NCBI GenBank assembly: GCA_900547655.1 | Contig: URHQ01000001.1 | Location: forward strand, 1,748-65,747 | Source of the DNA: an uncultured Collinsella sp. | GTDB taxonomy: Bacteria > Actinomycetota > Coriobacteriia > Coriobacteriales > Coriobacteriaceae | Direction of reading: 5' to 3' | DNA: 64,000 bases | Part shown: positions 33,899-43,579 of the stretch, piece by piece | Position numbering within the stretch: position 1 is the stretch's first letter | Layout of the letters: each line of letters opens with the position of its first letter | Made by a program: the position numbers and the translations under genes | Notes under the pieces: model-generated | Seen by the model: only the letters and a program-made list of their open reading frames with translations | Told to the model about the DNA's origin: nothing | Databases searched by the model: none

Positions 33899-35224
33899 CT
33901 ACTTAAGCTCCGGCCAGTAATCCTTATTGGCCTCGATGAGCTTGTCGAGCACTTTGCGAGCCTTCTTTGCGTCACCGACCAGACGATTAAGCGTGAGTGC
34001 CTGCAGGGCCTTCTCGTAGGAACCCTCCATCCAAGCCTCAACAGTCAGGCGCTCATAGGCGTACTGGTTCTCCATAAGGCCGCGATAGAAGGTGCCAATC
34101 TTGCCAACAGCATAGGGCTGCGGGCCATTGGCGCCCACGCTTGCCGCGACCTCGACCATGGCGTCATCGGGCATACCCTCGATAATGCCGTTGTTGGGCA
34201 CGATGACAATGAAGGTCTTATTGGTGTTGCGATAAATGGCCGAGGTGATTTCCACGATCATATCGCCATGAGCATCGTTCTGCACAACCGAGGAGTTCTT
34301 TGCGGTGCCGACTTTGGCAACACGCTCGCACTCGGCGAACACGCGCTTCTCACGACCGTTGATGACCTCGTCGGAACGAGTGTAGTCGGGGTCGAGGTGA
34401 GCGACCTTGTACTCGGGATACAGATAGTACTGCAGATAAGTGTTGGGCAGATAGTCGGGGAAGTCCTCGAGCATGTCCTTGACCATGGCGTAGGTGTCGA
34501 GCCAGGACTGGTCACGCTGCTCGGCATCGGCAGGAAGGAAGCCGTTCTTCTCCGTGTACTCCTTAATCTGCGGGACGAGGTCATGGCCCTCTTCATCGTA
34601 GATGTGCTTGAACCAACCGAAGTGATTGAGGCCAAAGTACACGGGCTCCGTCTTGCTCATATCGCGACCGAGCAGGCGACCGTAAGAGCGCATGAGGTTG
34701 ACGGGCTGATCGCAGATGTTGAGGACGCGATGCTCATCGGGCAGGACGCGCTCGAGACCATATGCCACAATAGCAGCCGGGTTGGTGTAGTTGATAATCC
34801 ACGCCTCCGGGCTATGAGCGCGAACGTCGTTGACGATCTCAACCATGTCATGCATGGAGCGCATACCGTAAGCCATGCCGCCAGGGCCCACCGTTTCCTG
34901 GCCGATGATTCCCATATGCAGCGGAATCTTCTCGTCCTTGCTACGCATCTCGTAGCCGCCGGTACGAATCTGGCAGAGCACAAAGTCGACGTCGGTGTAA
35001 GCCTCGTCCTTATCGGTGGTGTAACCAAACTCCACACCGGGCTCCTCCTCAGCGAAGAGGATCTTGCCAAACTCGCCGATCGGACGCTGACGCTCGGCAT
35101 CGATGTCATAGAGCATCACGCGGTTCAGCGGCAGAATGTCCATGTGCTTGGTCAGGGCTTTAAGAATGCCAGGGCACCACGTGGAGCCGCCGCCAACGAT
35201 CACAATATTGAGCTTATCCTTCAT
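33899..35224 (-). CDS. GH4 6-phospho-alpha-glucosidase (copy 2)
   Basis: GGGSTW, GQETVGPGG, NYTNP, ICDQP, GLNHFGW. Confidence 0.9.
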   Translation of the reverse strand: MKDKLNIVIVGGGSTWCPGILKALTKHMDILPLNRVMLYDIDAERQRPIGEFGKILFAEEEPGVEFGYTTDKDEAYTDVDFVLCQIRTGGYEMRSKDEKIPLHMGIIGQETVGPGGMAYGMRSMHDMVEIVNDVRAHSPEAWIINYTNPAAIVAYGLERVLPDEHRVLNICDQPVNLMRSYGRLLGRDMSKTEPVYFGLNHFGWFKHIYDEEGHDLVPQIKEYTEKNGFLPADAEQRDQSWLDTYAMVKDMLEDFPDYLPNTYLQYYLYPEYKVAHLDPDYTRSDEVINGREKRVFAECERVAKVGTAKNSSVVQNDAHGDMIVEITSAIYRNTNKTFIVIVPNNGIIEGMPDDAMVEVAASVGANGPQPYAVGKIGTFYRGLMENQYAYERLTVEAWMEGSYEKALQALTLNRLVGDAKKARKVLDKLIEANKDYWPELK

Positions 35225-35522
35225 GTTCCGTCCCTCCAGGGTTGGCTGATCGGTGTTCTCGAAGACCTTGGGCTCCGCGGTTGTCCTCGGCTTGCTTCGT
35301 TTCGATTGATATTTTGCGACATAAGGTCATTTGAGAGTCCCTGTGTGGGCCAATGCGAAACGGGGACACATGATTTCGCTCACGACACAGATATGTGTAG
35401 GCAGACACGCGCGTTTGCCCAGTTCATGGGCAATAGGCAATCTTGACCGATTACCGATTTCTCACCTGGCAACACAAAGCGGTACCATATATACGACGAG
35501 GTGCGAGGGGCTGAAACATCTT

Positions 35523-36272
35523 ATGAAAGATCAAGAATCTTTTTATGATCATGTGCGAGCTGGCGAGAGCAAGCTCAACGATCTCGAAGGCGAGATCATG
35601 CGCTACATCATCGAGCTGCGTGATGATATTGACGATGTCACGCTTAAGAGCGTTGCTGAACGGTTCTTCGTCGCTCCCAATACAATCGTCAGGCTTGCCC
35701 ACAAGCTTGGCTTCTCGGGGTTTACAGAGCTCAAACAATCGTATTCCGCCTCGCTCGACCGCAATCGATTCACTATCGAGGCACTTCCTCTCGATACCCA
35801 GCTCGTACAGACCAAAGATCTGCTTAACGACCGGGTCATCGATTCGGTCGTGAGTCTTATCCAGGACGCCTCGCATATCGTGTTCTTCTGCTCGGGCTTT
35901 TCGAAGTACCCGTGCCTCGAAATGGCTGAAAAGCTCAAAATAATGGGCAAGAACACCGATACGCTCAGTGAACGCCATGTCATGAGGCATTACGCAGAAC
36001 TCCTCGGCAAAAACGACCTGGTCTTCAGCGTTTCCGTAAGCGGCGAGACGCAGGTGTCTATTGACGCCACATCGATAGCCAAAACGCGCGGATGCAAGGT
36101 CGTCACGCTCACCGGCTTTTCTCGAAATTCTCTCTCGAAACTAGCCGACTACCCTATCTACACCGTGCAAAAAGAAATCCGCTTGGGCAGCATGGACCTC
36201 GACAGTCGATTGATGTTCTATTACGTTTTCGAATTGATATTTGAGCGCTACTTCAAACTGGCCAAGAAATAA
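35523..36272 (+). CDS. MurR/RpiR family regulator
   Basis: TIVRLAHKLGFSGFTELK, SVSGET. Confidence 0.9.
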   Translation: MKDQESFYDHVRAGESKLNDLEGEIMRYIIELRDDIDDVTLKSVAERFFVAPNTIVRLAHKLGFSGFTELKQSYSASLDRNRFTIEALPLDTQLVQTKDLLNDRVIDSVVSLIQDASHIVFFCSGFSKYPCLEMAEKLKIMGKNTDTLSERHVMRHYAELLGKNDLVFSVSVSGETQVSIDATSIAKTRGCKVVTLTGFSRNSLSKLADYPIYTVQKEIRLGSMDLDSRLMFYYVFELIFERYFKLAKK

Positions 36273-36332
36273 AACTTGGCATGCGCCCGGCTTCGACTCT
36301 TTAGCAGCCTTCTATATGAAAGGTATCGCCCT

Positions 36333-36782
36333 ATGCAACGCGTACTGTTTATCTGTCATGGGAACATCTGTCGCTCGACGATGGCTGAGTCGGTGTTTAC
36401 CGAGCTGGTGCGGCGCGCCGGGCGCGCGGGCGAATTTGTCATCGATTCCGCGGCGACTTCAACTGAGGAGATTGGCAACCCGCCGCATCATGGCACGGTC
36501 GCCAAGCTGCGCGAAGTCGGGATTCCCGTCGTCGCACATCGCGCACGTCAGGTGCGTCGCGCGGAGTATGGCGACTGGGATCACATTGTCTATATGGATG
36601 CTGAGAACGCGCGGGGCCTGCGTCGCATCTTTGGCGACGCAGGCCCCGACGGAAAGATTACGCGCTTGCTCGATTGGACCGAGTGTCCCGGCGACGTGGC
36701 CGATCCCTGGTACACCGGCAATTTCGATGCCACGTACCGCGACGTACTCGCCGGCTGCACGTCCATGCTCGAGCAGCTGTAG
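36333..36782 (+). CDS. low-molecular-weight protein-tyrosine phosphatase
   Basis: CHGNICRS P-loop, DPWY. Confidence 0.93.
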   Translation: MQRVLFICHGNICRSTMAESVFTELVRRAGRAGEFVIDSAATSTEEIGNPPHHGTVAKLREVGIPVVAHRARQVRRAEYGDWDHIVYMDAENARGLRRIFGDAGPDGKITRLLDWTECPGDVADPWYTGNFDATYRDVLAGCTSMLEQL

Positions 36783-36815
36783 GCAAGCGAGGCCGCGGGC
36801 CACGCCTTCGGCGCG

Positions 36816-36942
36816 AAACGAGCGTGGATAATCTCCCACATGAAAAACGAGCGTGGAAAATCTCCCACTTTGAGCGTTCAAGTGCGCCCTAAACGGGAGA
36901 AAATCCACGCTCATTATCTCGGTGGGAGAAAATCCACGCTCG
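36816..36942. repeat. 2+2 nested direct/inverted repeat
   Basis: gagcgtggaWaatctcccac twice, then its imperfect reverse complement twice, each pair 29 bp apart. Confidence 0.85.
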
Positions 36943-36943
36943 A

Positions 36944-37273
36944 CTACTCGTCGACGATCTCGGCAAGCCAGACGTTCAGCGTATCGACCTCGGGACAACA
37001 GAACTTTGCCGTACCAGGCTCGTTGCCAGGCACGGTTCCGCCATAGCGCAGGATATCGATATAGGGAAAGCCCACGTGGCAGGCCATGGCGCACATCTTG
37101 CCGCGGTCTCGGTCGAAGTCAAAAACGTCGCCGGGCTTGTGACCATGGTGGCAGCGGCACGCACCCAGCTGGTCCACGCAGCTCACGCGGATACGCGGCC
37201 GCTTGCCACGCGGCGCGCCAAGCGGCTTGTTCTCGCCCGCTGCCTCGGTACCGCTCTCGTCGGCGCTACTCAT
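36944..37273 (-). CDS. Cys-rich small protein, TIGR04076-like
   Basis: C..GHKPGDVF..MC..A..LRYGG..CCP pattern; overlaps the pdxK stop. Confidence 0.7.
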   Translation of the reverse strand: MSSADESGTEAAGENKPLGAPRGKRPRIRVSCVDQLGACRCHHGHKPGDVFDFDRDRGKMCAMACHVGFPYIDILRYGGTVPGNEPGTAKFCCPEVDTLNVWLAEIVDE

Positions 37274-38090
37274 GGTCAATCACATCCAGGCAGGCCTCGA
37301 TGGGCAGGCCGGCCGACTTGTCCTCTTGGTCGGCATTGCGCTCGATAAGCTCCGCTACCACGCGCATGGCATCAGACGTCGCGCGCTGCAGGCTCCAACC
37401 CGCCATAACGCGGCCGACGAGCACCGCCGAGAACGTGTCGCCCGTGCCCGGGAAATAGACCGGAATGAGCTCAAAGGGAATCGTAAAGTACTCCCCCGCC
37501 ACATGGTCGTAACCGATGACGACATTCGCACCGTCGACCACAGCGCTCGTAATGACCACCGACTTGGCACCCAGCTCGCGCACGGCATCCACAAGAGCGC
37601 GGCCCTCATCGGGCGTGATTTGCTCGACGATAGGCGTGTCGGTGAGCAGACAGGCCTCGGTGTAGTTGGGAACCGCGTAGTCGGCGCACTCGAGCAGGCT
37701 GCGCATGAGACCGATCGTGGACTCGGGCACGCCGGCGTAGAGCTTGCCGTTGTCGCCCATGATGGGGTCGACGAACACCTTGGTGCCCTTTTGCGCGCGA
37801 CGGTGGCAGAAGTCCGAAATGATGCGCGTCTCTTCCTCGGTCACGATAAAGCCGGTGGAGATGGCGTCGAACTCAAAGCCGAGCTCCTCCCAGATGGCGA
37901 GGCTCTGGCGCACGTACTCGGTGGTGTCATGGATGTAGAACTTGGGATAGTTGAGCGTATCGGACACAAGTGCCGTCGGCAGGTTATGGATACGGTAACC
38001 CATGTGCGACAGCACCGGCAGCATGGCGGAAAGCGCGACCTTGCCGTAGCCGCACATATCGTTAATCAGCAGCAGCTGAGTGTTCTTCAT
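37266..38090 (-). CDS. pdxK: pyridoxal/pyridoxamine kinase (PfkB family)
   Basis: DMCGYGKVAL, VDPIMGDNG, PNYTEA, GTGD. Confidence 0.85.
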   Translation of the reverse strand: MKNTQLLLINDMCGYGKVALSAMLPVLSHMGYRIHNLPTALVSDTLNYPKFYIHDTTEYVRQSLAIWEELGFEFDAISTGFIVTEEETRIISDFCHRRAQKGTKVFVDPIMGDNGKLYAGVPESTIGLMRSLLECADYAVPNYTEACLLTDTPIVEQITPDEGRALVDAVRELGAKSVVITSAVVDGANVVIGYDHVAGEYFTIPFELIPVYFPGTGDTFSAVLVGRVMAGWSLQRATSDAMRVVAELIERNADQEDKSAGLPIEACLDVIDHE

Positions 38091-38272
38091 GAGTGTCCCC
38101 CTTGGTTCGGGCGCGGCGCGGCAGCGCCACAGTGCGACTAAGTGTAGCGCAGGAGGCGTTGCGAGCGGAGGCGAGCGGTACGAAGTGCAAATTGTTGCGG
38201 AAAGGTTTCGGAAACGAGGGGCTAACTTGCTTCATTGCGGCTCATTTGCCGCCACTTATTCAGTGCCATTTC

Positions 38273-38424
38273 AAAACTATGCCGGATTACGGGGCTGAAC
38301 CTGAATGAGCCAACCACACCCCCTATTTTCAAATCATAGCGAGCCTTCTACCTGCGGTTTTCTTTTTTCCAATTTCGGCATGGTCGGCAATCCGTCATTC
38401 AGCCCCGTAATCCGGCATAGTTTT
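38273..38424. repeat. IR-bounded element with GCAGGTAGA core (copy 1)
   Basis: Perfect 27-bp IR; core homologous to 49337-49438. Confidence 0.8.
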
Positions 38425-38429
38425 TAAGT

Positions 38430-38724
38430 TAGTCGTTGGGGACATTCTTAAATGACTAGTCAAACAAGAACGTCCCCAACGACTATCAGCACAAGGAGTG
38501 TCCCCAAGTGCCGGCACATAAGGAACGTCCCTAAGTGCCAAAACGACTGGTCGGGCAACGCCGATGTTTTGGCGAAGTCAGCGAAAACCCGCCAGAGCGA
38601 GCAAGGTGCCTTGAAACGAGGCGGCATTGACCTTCTGGTCATGCCGCCGAAGTTGAAAGGCAGATTGCCGCTCTGGCGGGTTTGCAGCGTCGAGCCGTTA
38701 CGCGGTTTGGTAAAACCGCGTAAC
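38430..38724. repeat. modular intergenic repeat copy 3 (A + C + diverged D + GGTA hairpin)
   Basis: Same module order as 18370-18728. Confidence 0.9.
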
Positions 38725-38739
38725 CACTAGTTTGGTACC

Positions 38740-38802
38740 TTGACAATCAATCTATGCGCTCCTAAATTAGTTAGGCACAAAACAATTTCTCTACCTAACT
38801 AA
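38740..38802 (+). promoter_or_regulatory. sigma70-type promoter and MarR operator candidate
   Basis: TTGACA-17 bp-TAAATT; inverted repeat ttagttagg...cctaactaa overlapping the -10. Confidence 0.7.
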
Positions 38803-38823
38803 GGAAAGGAGCGAAGCTTAGAT

Positions 38824-39327
38824 ATGTGTGTTGAAGCACTCGTCCTTCCGCATGAGCCCGGCGGTGACCCGTCGCAACCGGTAGACATACCCGAAGCGGT
38901 CAGCGCTGAAGACAAACTCGCCAAGCGCATCCTGAGCGGCCTGGGCTTTTGCGGCCATTACATGCATTTTCATGGCGGAGGCGTGTCCGGCAAGGCGCCC
39001 ATCATCTGCCTACTGGCCAAGCAGCCCGGCGGCGAGATGTCGCAGCAGGAACTCGGCATGCACTTTGACCTCAAGCCGGGGTCGCTTTCCGAGATCCTGT
39101 CCAAGCTCGAGGTCAACGGCCTCATCGAGCGCAGCCGTAACCCCAAGGATCGACGACAACTCACCATTCGCTTGACCGAAACCGGCCGGGAAAACGCCCG
39201 CATCGACCAGGCGGCCCGCATCCGCTTTAGAGAGCGCGCCTTTAGCGCGCTCACCCACGACGAGCGCGAGGACCTCGCCGAAATGCTCGATAAAATCCGC
39301 GTAACCTGGGAGGAACTGGATGATTAA
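38824..39327 (+). CDS. MarR family regulator
   Basis: SQQELG..SLSEILSKLE..GLIER..DRR..LT. Confidence 0.9.
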   Translation: MCVEALVLPHEPGGDPSQPVDIPEAVSAEDKLAKRILSGLGFCGHYMHFHGGGVSGKAPIICLLAKQPGGEMSQQELGMHFDLKPGSLSEILSKLEVNGLIERSRNPKDRRQLTIRLTETGRENARIDQAARIRFRERAFSALTHDEREDLAEMLDKIRVTWEELDD

Positions 39328-41134
39328 AACCCTCATGGGCAGCATCCGCGACTATATGAAAGTCACCGTTGCCACGCCGTTGCTCGTGCTTGGCGAGGTG
39401 CTCTGCGAGATGCTGATTCCATTTATCACCGCCAACCTGATCGACGCCATCAAAGACGGCGCCACCGTAGCCGAGATGCTTCCCACCGCAGGCTTTTTGG
39501 TGCTCATCGCGCTGACATCGCTTGCTTTTGGCGCCGCTGCCGGCGTCACCTGCAGCCATGCGAGTTGCGGCTTCGCCAAGAACCTGCGTCACGACCTGTT
39601 CTACAAGATCCAGACGTTCAGCTTTGCCAACATCGATGAGTTCTCGAGCTCCTCGCTCGTCACGCGCCTGACCACCGACATCAACAACGTGCAGCAGGCC
39701 TTTATGATGATCATCCGCATCGCCGTGCGCGCGCCGCTGGTATTGATCTTCGCCTTTACCATGGCGTTTATCATGGGCGGCAGCGTCGCCATGGTCTACC
39801 TGGTCATCATTCCGCTGCTGGGCTTTGGGCTGTTCTTTATCATCTTTAAGGTACGCCCCATCTTCTCGCGCGTGTTTCACAAGTACGATGCGCTCAACGA
39901 GTCCGTCGAGGAAAACGTCACCGGCATGCGCGTGGTTAAGAGCTACGTGCGCGAAGACTTTGAGAAGGAAAAATTCGCGACCGCAGCACGAGACGTCCAG
40001 ATGGACTTCACCCGCGCCGAGAAGCTGCTGGCCTTTAACAACCCCATGATGAACATCTGCGTCAACGGCGCGTTTGTCGTCATCATCTACCTGGGCTCCA
40101 AGCTCATCATCACGAGCCAGGGCACGCTGTTCGACGTGGGCCAGCTCTCCTCGATCTTTACCTATGGCTTCCAGATCCTTATGAGCCTGATGCAGCTGTC
40201 GATGATCTTTGTCATGGTGACCATGGCCGACGAATCGGCGCACCGCATCACCGAGGTGCTAGCCGCCGAGCCCACGATCGCCGATCCCGCCGAGCCCGTG
40301 CTCGAGGTTGCCGACGGTTCCATCGACTTTGACCACGTGAGCTTTAAGTATTCCGCGCATGCGAAGCGCCAGGCGCTCGACGATATCGACCTGCACATTA
40401 AGAGCGGCGAGACCATCGGCATCATCGGCGGCACCGGCTCGGCCAAGTCCACGCTTGTAAACCTCATCGCCCGCCTGTACGACGCCACCGAGGGCACCGT
40501 GCGCGTGGGCGGCATGGACGTGCGCGACTACGACTTGGACGCCTTGCGCCACCAAGTGGCCATGGTGCTACAGAAAAACGTGCTGTTTAGCGGCACCATC
40601 GCCGAGAATCTGCGCTGGGGCGACCCGAACGCCACCGACGAGGAGGTCCGCGAGGCGGCACATCTGGCCTGCGCCGACGAGTTTGTCGACGGCTTCCCCA
40701 AGGGCTATGACACCTGGATCGAACAGGGCGGCTCCAATGTCTCGGGCGGTCAGAAGCAGCGCCTGTGCATTGCGCGCGCCCTGCTGCGTCGCCCCAAGAT
40801 CTTGATCCTGGACGACTCCACCAGCGCCGTCGACACCAAGACCGACGCCAAGATTCGCGCAGGGCTGGCAAGCTATCTGCCCAACACGACCAAGCTCATC
40901 ATCGCCCAGCGCATTAGCTCCGTGCAGGACGCAGACCGCATCATCGTCATGGAGGGCGGCCGTATCGCGCAGATCGGTAACCACGACGAGCTGCTCAAGA
41001 CGAGCGAGATCTACCGCGAGACCTTCACCTCGCAGAACAAGATGTCTGCCGAGGGCGAAGAGGCCGTCGAAGCCGACACCGAGGCATCCGCAACACAAGC
41101 TCAGACCCAGGAAGGAGGCGAGGCACATGAGTAA
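39320..41134 (+). CDS. heterodimeric ABC exporter subunit A (degenerate NBD site)
   Basis: TMD plus NBD; GGTGSAKS, SGGQKQR, ILDDS. Confidence 0.93.
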   Translation: MIKTLMGSIRDYMKVTVATPLLVLGEVLCEMLIPFITANLIDAIKDGATVAEMLPTAGFLVLIALTSLAFGAAAGVTCSHASCGFAKNLRHDLFYKIQTFSFANIDEFSSSSLVTRLTTDINNVQQAFMMIIRIAVRAPLVLIFAFTMAFIMGGSVAMVYLVIIPLLGFGLFFIIFKVRPIFSRVFHKYDALNESVEENVTGMRVVKSYVREDFEKEKFATAARDVQMDFTRAEKLLAFNNPMMNICVNGAFVVIIYLGSKLIITSQGTLFDVGQLSSIFTYGFQILMSLMQLSMIFVMVTMADESAHRITEVLAAEPTIADPAEPVLEVADGSIDFDHVSFKYSAHAKRQALDDIDLHIKSGETIGIIGGTGSAKSTLVNLIARLYDATEGTVRVGGMDVRDYDLDALRHQVAMVLQKNVLFSGTIAENLRWGDPNATDEEVREAAHLACADEFVDGFPKGYDTWIEQGGSNVSGGQKQRLCIARALLRRPKILILDDSTSAVDTKTDAKIRAGLASYLPNTTKLIIAQRISSVQDADRIIVMEGGRIAQIGNHDELLKTSEIYRETFTSQNKMSAEGEEAVEADTEASATQAQTQEGGEAHE

Positions 41135-43046
41135 GGCAACGACCGCCGAGCGCGCGCTCAACCGCAAGGGTGGCACCATGTCGCGCCTCATCAAGACGCT
41201 CTTTGGCTTCTACCCCGTGCTTTTGCCCCTCGTCGTCGTCGGCGTGGTGCTCTGCGCCATCATCAACTCCATCGGCGCGACCTTCCTTCAGAGCGCCCTG
41301 CAGATTATTAGCGAATCGTGGCAGTCGGGCGATTGGGAAGCTGCACAGCCCAAGATCGCACAGCTCGTGACCACCCTCGCCTGCATCTACGGCGTCGGCA
41401 TCCTGTCCTCGCTGTTCTGGAACCGCGCCATGGCCATCGTCACGCAGGGCTCGCTCGAGAAGCTGCGCGAGAAGATGTTCAACCGCATGCAGGACCTGCC
41501 GATCCGCTACTTCGACACGCACCAGCGCGGCGACATCATGAGCCACTACACCAACGACATCGACACGCTGCGCCAGATGATCAGCCAGTCGCTGCCCAAC
41601 CTGCTCATGACGACCATCGTCATCGTCACGGTGTTCTTTATCATGCTGTACTACAGCGTTTGGATGTGCCTGGTCATTGTGGCAGGCGTCGCCTTTATGA
41701 CCTTTATGACCAAGCTGCTCGGCTCCAACTCCGCGCGCTTCTTTATTGCGCAGCAGACCGAGCTCGGCGTTGTCGAGGGCCATATCGAGGAAGTCATGAA
41801 CGGCCAGAAGGTCGTCAAGGCATTCTGCCACGAGTCTGCCGCCGAGGCCGATTTTGACGAGCGCAACGAAAAGCTCTTCGAGGTCTCGCAGAAGGCCAAC
41901 ATGTACGCCAACATCCTCATGCCCATCCTTATGAACCTGGGAAACCTGCTCTACGTGCTGGTCGCACTGGCAGGCGGCATTTTCCTGGCGCTGGGCGTGC
42001 CCAACCTGAGCATCTCGGGCATGGCACTGTCCATCGCCGTCGTGGTGCCGTTCCTCAACATGACCAAGCAGTTCTGCGGACAGATCGGCCAGATCTCGCA
42101 GCAGATCAACGCCGTGGTCATGGGCCTCGCCGGCGCCGACCGTATCTTTGAGCTCATCGACGAGGAGCCCGAAGCCGACGAAGGCTATGTGACGCTCGTC
42201 AACGCTCAGGTGAACCCCGACACCTGGCAGCTCGAGGAGGCCGACCACCACACCGGCATGTGGGCGTGGAAACATCCGCACCGCGCAACCGGCGAGATCG
42301 AGTACGTGCCGCTGCGCGGCGACCTGGTCATGGACAACGTCGACTTTGGCTACACGCCCGACCACGAGGTGTTGCACGGCGTGTCCGTGTTTGCCAAGCC
42401 GGGCCAGAAGGTCGCGTTTGTCGGCGCCACCGGTGCCGGCAAGACGACCATCACCAACCTCATCAACCGCTTCTACGACATCGCCGACGGCAAGATCCGT
42501 TACGACGGCATCAACGTCAACAAGATCCGCAAGGCCGACCTGCGCCGCTCGCTGGGCGTCGTGCTACAGGACGTGAACCTGTTCACCGGCACTGTGATGG
42601 ATAACATCCGCTACGGCAACCTGGACGCCACCGACGAGGAGTGCATCGCAGCGGCCAAGCTCGCGGGCGCGGATGACTTTATCACCCGCCTGCCCGACGG
42701 CTACGATACCATGCTCACCGGCAACGGCGCGCAGCTGTCGCAGGGCCAGCGTCAGCTGATTTCGATCGCACGCGCCGCCGTCGCCGATCCGCCGGCAATG
42801 ATTCTGGACGAGGCCACGTCGAGCATTGACACCCGCACCGAGGCTATCGTGCAAGCGGGCATGGACAAGCTCATGGAGGGCCGCACGACGTTTGTCATCG
42901 CGCACCGTCTGTCCACCGTGCGCAACTCCGACGCGATCATCTGCCTGGACCACGGCCGCATTATCGAGCGCGGTAACCACGACGAGCTGATCGCCAAGCG
43001 TGGGTATTACTACCAGCTCTATACCGGAGCGTTTGAGCTGGAGTAG
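41127..43046 (+). CDS. heterodimeric ABC exporter subunit B
   Basis: GATGAGKT, LSQGQ, ILDEAT, IAHRL. Confidence 0.93.
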   Translation: MSKATTAERALNRKGGTMSRLIKTLFGFYPVLLPLVVVGVVLCAIINSIGATFLQSALQIISESWQSGDWEAAQPKIAQLVTTLACIYGVGILSSLFWNRAMAIVTQGSLEKLREKMFNRMQDLPIRYFDTHQRGDIMSHYTNDIDTLRQMISQSLPNLLMTTIVIVTVFFIMLYYSVWMCLVIVAGVAFMTFMTKLLGSNSARFFIAQQTELGVVEGHIEEVMNGQKVVKAFCHESAAEADFDERNEKLFEVSQKANMYANILMPILMNLGNLLYVLVALAGGIFLALGVPNLSISGMALSIAVVVPFLNMTKQFCGQIGQISQQINAVVMGLAGADRIFELIDEEPEADEGYVTLVNAQVNPDTWQLEEADHHTGMWAWKHPHRATGEIEYVPLRGDLVMDNVDFGYTPDHEVLHGVSVFAKPGQKVAFVGATGAGKTTITNLINRFYDIADGKIRYDGINVNKIRKADLRRSLGVVLQDVNLFTGTVMDNIRYGNLDATDEECIAAAKLAGADDFITRLPDGYDTMLTGNGAQLSQGQRQLISIARAAVADPPAMILDEATSSIDTRTEAIVQAGMDKLMEGRTTFVIAHRLSTVRNSDAIICLDHGRIIERGNHDELIAKRGYYYQLYTGAFELE

Positions 43047-43170
43047 TTCGGCTCGCCGAGATGGCCGATTTACCGCTCGTTCGTCGGACATGATCCCAAG
43101 GTCAATGCCCACCTCTTTCGGGGCAAATCGACTCATCTCAACGGCCCAAACACAATGCGCCGCAACGAAT

Positions 43171-43208
43171 AAAGCCTCCGCAGCCACACGAGCTGCGGAG
43201 GCTTTTTT
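43171..43208 (+). terminator. rho-independent terminator
   Basis: aaagcctccgcagc...gctgcggaggcttt plus T run. Confidence 0.85.
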
Positions 43209-43217
43209 CATGCCGGC

Positions 43218-43389
43218 CGGAAACCGTATCCCACTTTTCGGGCCCAGAATGGGATGCCGTTTCCCGCTGGGTCCCCTCCGGGAAACGGCACCCCATTTCA
43301 AGGGCGTAAACCGGGATGTAGTTTCCCCTAACGGCACCTTTGGGAAGCCGCATCCCACTCTAGACGCACAAAACGGGATGAGCTTTCCC
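43218..43389. repeat. three palindromic 48-bp units, period 62 bp
   Basis: Units at 43218, 43280 and 43342: gggaa..catccc-var-gggatg..ttccc. Confidence 0.85.
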
Positions 43390-43579
43390 ATGGTGATCCA
43401 AGACCAGAAGCATGTCCGATAGCGCGGCCAGGTCAAGAACAACAAGGCAAGCGTCACGCCAATTTGGACGAGCGTCTGCTGCAGTTTGAGGCTGCTGGCC
43501 CATATGGTAGAGTTAACCACCCATGAATTTCAGCACACTGCGTGCTACCTGCTCTTTTGTCATTTGGGGGAGTGAACTT

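Noticed and set aside
43218..43389. Possible CRISPR array
   Set aside because: Only three degenerate units with 14-nt linkers and no cas genes. Kept as a non-CRISPR repeat.
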